Source: an uncultured Chloroflexia bacterium
GTDB taxonomy: Bacteria > Chloroflexota > Limnocylindria > Limnocylindrales > CSP1-4
Assembly (NCBI GenBank): GCA_963819655.1
Contig: CAWFXA010000003.1
Coordinates: 128,001-192,000 of the forward strand
Length of the DNA: 64,000 nucleotides
Reading direction: 5' to 3'
Under the pieces are notes generated by a model, which made no database searches, had not been told where the DNA came from, and saw only the letters and a list, made by a program, of their open reading frames with translations. The translations under genes and the position numbers were made by a program. Below are positions 58,581 to 64,000 of the stretch, piece after piece; the stretch's first letter is position 1, and each line of letters opens with the position of its first letter.

Positions 58581-59419
58581 TCCCGGCGGCATTCGACTAC
58601 CGGCGGGCCACCTCGATCGACGACGCCCTCGGCGCGCTGGCCGGCGGTGACGCCAAGGTCATTGCCGGCGGGATGAGCCTGCTGCCGTTGATGAAGCTGC
58701 GGCTGGCGCAACCGTCGATGTTGGTCGATATCGGCCGCCTGGAGGAGCTCAAGGGCTCGCGGGCGACCGCGGATGGTGGCTGGGAAGTCGGTGCGCTGAC
58801 GACGTACACCGAGGCGCTCGAGGCCACTCAGCTCGATTTCACCCGCGACTGCATCCTCGGCATCGGTGATGTCCAGGTCCGCAACCGGGGCACGGTCGGT
58901 GGGTCGATCAGCCACGCCGACCCGGCGTCGGACCTGCCGGCGCTCCTGCTCGCCCTCGACTACTCGGCCGTGCTGCGGTCGAGGCGGGGCGATCGAACCG
59001 TGCCGCTCGACGGGTTCTTCGAAGGCGCCTTCCAGACCGGCATCGCACCGGACGAGATCCTGGTCAAGCTCGTCCGGGGACCTCTGGCCGCGGGCGCCCA
59101 GGGCTCGTATCTCAAGATGGCGCATCCGGCGTCCGGCTATGCGATCGTCGGCGTGTGTGCTGTCGTCGCGTCGTCCGGTGGTGCCGTGTCGCATGCGCGC
59201 ATCGGGATCACCGGCGTCGGCGACGTGGCCTATCGGGCGAAGGAGGTCGAGTCGGCGCTGATGGGTAGCGACGGATCGCCCAGCGCGGTCGTCGCCGCAG
59301 CAGCCCATGCCGCCGACGGGCAGACCGTCAACAGCGACATCTATGCCGATCGCGACTATCGATCGAAGATGGCGGAGGTCTATACCCGCCGTGCGATCGA
59401 AGCCGCACTCGGTCGCTAG
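58577..59419 (+). CDS. coxM: Molybdo-hydroxylase FAD subunit (CoxM-like)
   Basis: IAGGMSL.P.MKLRLA, QVRNRGTVGG, ADPASD. Confidence 0.9.
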   Translation: MIPAAFDYRRATSIDDALGALAGGDAKVIAGGMSLLPLMKLRLAQPSMLVDIGRLEELKGSRATADGGWEVGALTTYTEALEATQLDFTRDCILGIGDVQVRNRGTVGGSISHADPASDLPALLLALDYSAVLRSRRGDRTVPLDGFFEGAFQTGIAPDEILVKLVRGPLAAGAQGSYLKMAHPASGYAIVGVCAVVASSGGAVSHARIGITGVGDVAYRAKEVESALMGSDGSPSAVVAAAAHAADGQTVNSDIYADRDYRSKMAEVYTRRAIEAALGR

Positions 59420-59443
59420 CGCACCTTCGTCAGCGTCCCGGCA

Positions 59444-60487
59444 TTGCGCGTCGAGCGGGTCATCCCGGGTCGACGCGTCTCGGGACGGCTGGCGGGCGCC
59501 GTCCTCACGCGCGACCTGACCGTCGGCGGCCGACGCTGGTCGAAGGGCCGCCGGCTGAGTCCCGATGACCTCTTGGCGCTCGCGGCCGAGGAGCCGGGTC
59601 CGCCTGTGACCGTGCTCGTCGCCGACGGCAACGAACTGCACGAGGACGAGGCCGCGCTGCGCCTTGCCAAGGCGATCGCGGGGCCGGGTCTCGAGGTCCG
59701 CGGTCCGAACCAGAGTCGCCTTGATCTGGTCGCCACGGCCGACGGCGTCGTCACCGTGCGGATCGGCGAGCTCGAGCGCGTCAATCGGCTCGATCCTTTG
59801 GAGGTGTTCACGGTCTATGACGGTCAGGTCGTCGAGCGCGGCGACCTCGTGGCGAGCGTGAAGGTGGCGCCACACCTGGTGGATGCGGCCGTGGTCGAGG
59901 CCGGCGCGCGCATCGCCGGGTTCGGCAGCCAGCCGATCGTGTGGGTCGCGCCGTTCGTGGCACGACGCGTGGGCATCGTCGTGAAGGAGTCGATCCGCGC
60001 GACGGCCAGGGAGCGGTTCGAGGCATCCGTCCGGGCGAAGGTCGAGGGTCTCGGGTCGGAGATCATCGACATCGTATACGTCGAGGACGACGCCGACGCG
60101 GTCGAGACGGCGGTCGGGCGGTTCACGCGGGGGGTGGACACGGCCGATCTCGTGCTGACCGCCGGATCCGCCAGCACGGACCCGGATGACGCCTTCTTCG
60201 TGGCGATCGCCGCACTGGGCGGGCGGGTGGTCCGGCGCGGCGTGCCGTCGCATCCCGGATCGATGTTGTGGCTGGCACGGGTGGGCGGCACCTCGATCCT
60301 GGGGCTGCCGACGTGCGGGGCGTATTCGAAGGCGACCGCGGCGGACCTGCTGATGCCACGGTTGCTGGCCGGCGAGCCAGCGTCCGAGGCGACTGTGGCG
60401 AAGCTCGGCCACGGCGGCATCCTCACGCGCGACCAGCGGTTCCGCTTCCCACGCTACGCGCGGGACCTCGACGCACCGGAAGGGTAG
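59444..60487 (+). CDS. Molybdopterin-binding (MoeA/MogA-like) accessory protein
   Basis: LHEDEAA, AGSASTDPDD, GVP.HPG.M, ILGLP.C; follows coxSLM. Confidence 0.78.
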   Translation: MRVERVIPGRRVSGRLAGAVLTRDLTVGGRRWSKGRRLSPDDLLALAAEEPGPPVTVLVADGNELHEDEAALRLAKAIAGPGLEVRGPNQSRLDLVATADGVVTVRIGELERVNRLDPLEVFTVYDGQVVERGDLVASVKVAPHLVDAAVVEAGARIAGFGSQPIVWVAPFVARRVGIVVKESIRATARERFEASVRAKVEGLGSEIIDIVYVEDDADAVETAVGRFTRGVDTADLVLTAGSASTDPDDAFFVAIAALGGRVVRRGVPSHPGSMLWLARVGGTSILGLPTCGAYSKATAADLLMPRLLAGEPASEATVAKLGHGGILTRDQRFRFPRYARDLDAPEG

Positions 60488-60498
60488 GGAGGACACCG

Positions 60499-61014
60499 AT
60501 GGGAGAGGCGGACATCGCCGCGGCAATCAGCCGCGCCCGTGCGTATCTGACGGTGAACCCGACCGAAGCGCGGTACCGCGACGGCGCGGCGACCGCGTCG
60601 ATCGAGGATGGGCTGCGGGTGCGGGTCTCCGGCGCTGACGGCGCGTCGATCGTGACCGACATGGTCACGGGCATCGGTGGCGGCGGATCGGCGCCCAGCC
60701 CTGGTTGGATGTTTCGGGCCGCCTACGCGTCGTGCGTCGCGACGCTGATCGCGATGCGTGCCGCCGAGGAGGGGTGGGCGCTTGGGGCGCTCGAGGTCTC
60801 GGTCGACTCCGAGTCTGACGACCGAGGGATCCTGGCCACTGACGCCGGTGTTCCGGCGGGCCCGCTGAGTGTCCGCGTGGCGGTGACCGCCTCAGCCAAG
60901 GCCGCGGACAGTGCTGCGGTCCGGACAGCGATCGAGCAGGTAGTCCAGCGTTGTCCCGTCCACGATGCGGTGACGCGGGAGGTGCCCGTGGAAGTCGACG
61001 TTCGGGTGACGTGA
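60499..61014 (+). CDS. OsmC/Ohr family protein
   Basis: GGGGSAPSPG..AAYASC and RCPVHD; GGAGG RBS. Confidence 0.85.
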   Translation: MGEADIAAAISRARAYLTVNPTEARYRDGAATASIEDGLRVRVSGADGASIVTDMVTGIGGGGSAPSPGWMFRAAYASCVATLIAMRAAEEGWALGALEVSVDSESDDRGILATDAGVPAGPLSVRVAVTASAKAADSAAVRTAIEQVVQRCPVHDAVTREVPVEVDVRVT

Positions 61015-61125
61015 CTCAATACCACCACTTTGTCTGCTTACCCCAGCGCGCAAAGAGCGCGTGCGAACGGCGGCATCATGAAGGTGCCTTCGATCGACTG
61101 GCACATATAGGAGTACCTCGGGCGC

Positions 61126-61491
61126 ATGGAACCGACCGTTAGGGACTTCCACACCGATCCGCCTTGGATAGAGGTCGACATCGGTGGAGGTCGGCTATCG
61201 ATCCTCTATGGGGCGACGTGCAACCCAGGTCCTTGGGACATCGAGTATCGAACCGAGTCGGGCGATAGATACTTGGCCTCGATCGCGACGATCGAAGACA
61301 TCGTCCGACTGATGGACGTCTGGAAGTCGACGGGCGAGTGCCTAAATGGCCGCTACTTCTGGACGTCGGACCTGATAATCGTCGATCAGCTGAACGCTAT
61401 CGCGATTGCCGACGTTGTTGAAGACCTCGTCAAGACCGGCGACATCAGAGGCGCGATGACACGGGCCGAGGACGACGAATCGTCAGACTAG
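61126..61491 (+). CDS. Hypothetical protein (immunity-protein-like)
   Basis: AGGAG RBS; TGECLNGRYFW.SDLIIV motif; more A/T-rich codons than flanks. Confidence 0.6.
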   Translation: MEPTVRDFHTDPPWIEVDIGGGRLSILYGATCNPGPWDIEYRTESGDRYLASIATIEDIVRLMDVWKSTGECLNGRYFWTSDLIIVDQLNAIAIADVVEDLVKTGDIRGAMTRAEDDESSD

Positions 61492-61706
61492 CTCGGGTGA
61501 CCTTGCCGGACACTTAGCCATCAGGGCGTCCTTTCGGAGGATTTAGGGCTGAGGGAGCCCAGGGCGGTTGCTAGAGCGAGCCGCGAGGGGGTCGGTGTCG
61601 CCAGCCATACACCACAAGCCCTACGGCCTTCATCGGTGTTCGACACCGTCGGCGTCGACGAGGTCGAGGACTTCTAGCACAACCGTCCGTGGAGTAGTTT
61701 TCGCGC

Positions 61707-61988
61707 ATGTTCACGCACATCGCGATCCACACCCCCAAACCGGAACACCGCGACCACGTCATCGCCTCGATGCAACGAGCGGGCGCTGCAAGTGATGGTG
61801 CGGAAGGCCTCCTCCAGATGGGACCGTGGCAGGAGATCGACGGCGGCCGACTCGTCGGCCTCGCCATCTGGGAGTCGCGCGAGGCATTCCTCGCCGCGGC
61901 TCCGGGCATCTTCGCGGCTGTCGGCGACGACCCGTTCGACGAGTGGGAAGCCGAGCCGATCGTGAGCCTCCAGCTCGAGGAGGCCTAG
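61707..61988 (+). CDS. ABM-type dimeric alpha/beta barrel protein
   Basis: H.PKPE.RD, LVG.AIWES.EAF. Confidence 0.72.
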   Translation: MFTHIAIHTPKPEHRDHVIASMQRAGAASDGAEGLLQMGPWQEIDGGRLVGLAIWESREAFLAAAPGIFAAVGDDPFDEWEAEPIVSLQLEEA

Positions 61989-62080
61989 GCCGCAGGCATC
62001 GGGGCGGCTAACCCAACCGACCGAGGCCCAAGGGTTCTAACGAGCGCTCGCTGACGCGAGCGTCCGGTAGCCTGCGTCGT

Positions 62081-62956
62081 GTGATCGCCATGGCAATGCA
62101 GGCGTCAGAGGTACCGCGGGCGGTGGCTGCGGCCACGTCGACCGCCTCAGCCCTCGGCCTGAGGGTCGACGAGGCGATCGTTCTTCACGTCTCGAACAGG
62201 CTCGCGTTGCGCCTGCTGCCATCCGACGTTCTTGCGCGTGTGGCTCTCGCAACGCACGAGGCCGCAGAGCTCGAAGTCGAAGTCGCAACACGGCTGGCTG
62301 CAACGGACAGTCCCGTGGCGCTTCTCGATCCTCGAATGGCGCCGCGCGTCTACGAGCGCGACGGCTTCGCGATCACGCTCTGGACCTACTACGAGCCCCA
62401 ACCGGCTTGCGAGCTCTCACCAGCCGATTACGCTGACGCGCTCTCGCGGCTTCACGTCGGTATGCAGCACGTGGATGTCACCACGCCGCATTTCACGGAG
62501 CGCGTCAAGGAAGCTCAGCGAATCGTTGGAAACCGCGACCGGACTCCGGAGCTCGGCCAGGCGGACCGCGACCTTCTCGTGAGCACGTTCAGTCGCGTGA
62601 TGCGCGCGATCGCCGGGCGGGGCGCCGCGGAGCAGCTGCTGCACGGCGAGCCACACCCAGGGAACGTCCTCAACACCAAATACGGCCCGCTGTTCATTGA
62701 CCTCGAGACTTCGTGTCGCGGTCCGGTCGAATTCGACCTCGCCCATGTCCCGAAGGAGGTCAGCGAGTGCTACGCCGGCATCGATCAGGCACTGCTCGAC
62801 GATTGCCGCGTCCTCGTCCTTGCGATGGTCGCAGCCTGGCGGCTGGATCCTGAAGACCAGTTCCCGAGCGGAAGGCAGGCAGCCGTGGAGCTCCTCGCCG
62901 CTTTGTGGGCCGGTCCACCGTACCCGGCGCTCGGCGCCATCTCGGGCCTCAACTGA
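62081..62956 (+). CDS. Aminoglycoside phosphotransferase-like kinase
   Basis: LLHGEPHPGN and IDLE (Brenner/DFG-like), E.DLA. Confidence 0.8.
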   Translation: MIAMAMQASEVPRAVAAATSTASALGLRVDEAIVLHVSNRLALRLLPSDVLARVALATHEAAELEVEVATRLAATDSPVALLDPRMAPRVYERDGFAITLWTYYEPQPACELSPADYADALSRLHVGMQHVDVTTPHFTERVKEAQRIVGNRDRTPELGQADRDLLVSTFSRVMRAIAGRGAAEQLLHGEPHPGNVLNTKYGPLFIDLETSCRGPVEFDLAHVPKEVSECYAGIDQALLDDCRVLVLAMVAAWRLDPEDQFPSGRQAAVELLAALWAGPPYPALGAISGLN

Positions 62957-63173
62957 GGCCGAGTCGAGCAGGGTCCGCACGCCAACCCGACATGTGACGT
63001 CCGGTAACGTCCGAGTCTAGGCCGCGACCGTCAGCCGCCGATGAATTGTCGGTGGCTCGTCGAGTGACATTTAGAGCACTCTGCCACCACGCGGTCACGT
63101 CACCAGCGATCCCGCTGGCCATCAAAGGGGCGTCGCCCGGACAGGCACGCTGGTCAAGGATGCAGGTCGGACG

Positions 63174-63677
63174 TCAGTAGTTGGGTTCCAGGCCCAGGGC
63201 CTTTCGCAGGATCTCCGCTTTGTCTGCCGCAGCGTCGGCCGCATCGTTGGCGGCCGCTGACAAGGAGATGGCCTCGGCGGGGCTATCGGCACGCGACGCC
63301 GCACGTGCTCGCTGCTGGAACGCGGTGTCGGCCTTGATGAGTGTCGTCGCAGCGGCCTGGACCTCAGGCGGAAATGCAATCTCCTTGACGCCATCGAGGA
63401 ATGTCGCGTCCGCCTCCGCGATCAATGCCCAATAGCGCTGGTGGTCCTTGAGTGACGCCCGAGGGTCGTAGAGCTCGTCGGCCCGCTCGATCGCGGCGTT
63501 GTAGGGCTCCGCGATGGCGGAATACGTCGCAGCGGCCTGTTCGAGCGTGAGGGATACGCCCTGGGACCCTGAAGGCACCACACTCGCTGTCACCGAGGGC
63601 GTCACTTGAGCCCGAGGGGCAGGAACGCACCCCAGCACCAGGAGCGCCAAGAAGACCACCGCACCTAGGTGGGCCAT
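63174..63677 (-). CDS. Hypothetical lipoprotein
   Basis: VVFLALLVLGC lipobox; helical Ala-rich body. Confidence 0.6.
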   Translation of the reverse strand: MAHLGAVVFLALLVLGCVPAPRAQVTPSVTASVVPSGSQGVSLTLEQAAATYSAIAEPYNAAIERADELYDPRASLKDHQRYWALIAEADATFLDGVKEIAFPPEVQAAATTLIKADTAFQQRARAASRADSPAEAISLSAAANDAADAAADKAEILRKALGLEPNY

Positions 63678-63717
63678 CAGACCCTCTAAGCGTTGGTTGC
63701 GCGGTGGCTGGACAGCG

Positions 63718-64000
63718 TCACTGGGCGGCAGCGTGGATCTCCTCATAGGCGCGGCTGACGATCTCGGCCGCCTCGATCGTACGGCGGTCGCTCAACGGGT
63801 TGCCGGCCCGGCCGCGCCAGCGCTCGACACCCGCCAGAGCCGCGACGCGGACCTCGTCCGGGGACGCGCCGGCCGGCAGTCCGGCCCGCTCGGCATCCCG
63901 CCCCGACCCCCACAGCCGGCCGACCTCATCTCGCTCACTCGCGGCGAGCTCGAGATGGCCGGCGAGCACGAGATGCTGCAGCCGAAGGAGCGCCAGGGCG
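63718..64000 (-). CDS. C-terminal fragment of IniC-like dynamin-family protein (runs off window)
   Basis: GL...A...E.R..AL..VERWR..A.NPL.D......A..V.R.YE pattern recalled from mycobacterial IniC C-termini. Confidence 0.55.
   Translation of the reverse strand, partial: ALALLRLQHLVLAGHLELAASERDEVGRLWGSGRDAERAGLPAGASPDEVRVAALAGVERWRGRAGNPLSDRRTIEAAEIVSRAYEEIHAAAQ

Noticed and set aside
62006-62072. attC-like site (GGCTAAC / TTCTAAC plus hairpin CGCTCGC..GCGAGCG)
   Set aside because: No convincing GTTRRRY partner or L boxes at proper spacing; no similar sites seen after neighbouring genes

Overview
High-GC bacterial chromosome segment; gene content and style suggest a Chloroflexota (Limnocylindria-like) or actinobacteria-like soil organism, which is inference only. 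It is mostly housekeeping and metabolic DNA: a split B12-dependent acyl-CoA mutase with isobutyryl-CoA-mutase signature residues, plus MeaB and butyryl-CoA enzymes; carAB behind a tandem PyrR attenuator; a form II CoxSLM molybdo-hydroxylase; folE, trxA/ArsR, a MarR-ABC exporter, an M16 peptidase pair, Tad pseudopilins, tRNA-Lys(CTT) and several secreted proteins. No CRISPR array, integrase or classical transposase is visible. Most interesting: (1) a REPIN-like inverted pair of ~38-nt palindromes (core CGTCA-N5-TGACG) overlaps the 3' end of an XRE-HTH/PD-(D/E)XK nuclease gene lying antisense among acyl-CoA genes, and recurs without a gene between carA and carB, with 17-bp perfect terminal inverted repeats; a second palindrome family of similar layout lies upstream of coxS. 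(2) A promoter- and terminator-bounded, ~230-nt multi-stem candidate ncRNA at about 2523-2757 (-). (3) Pervasive leaderless and back-to-back -10 promoters. (4) Several enzymes with altered catalytic motifs. Two +1 frameshifts (carB, rhomboid) are probably sequencing indels. All calls come from reading motifs by eye; no searches were run.
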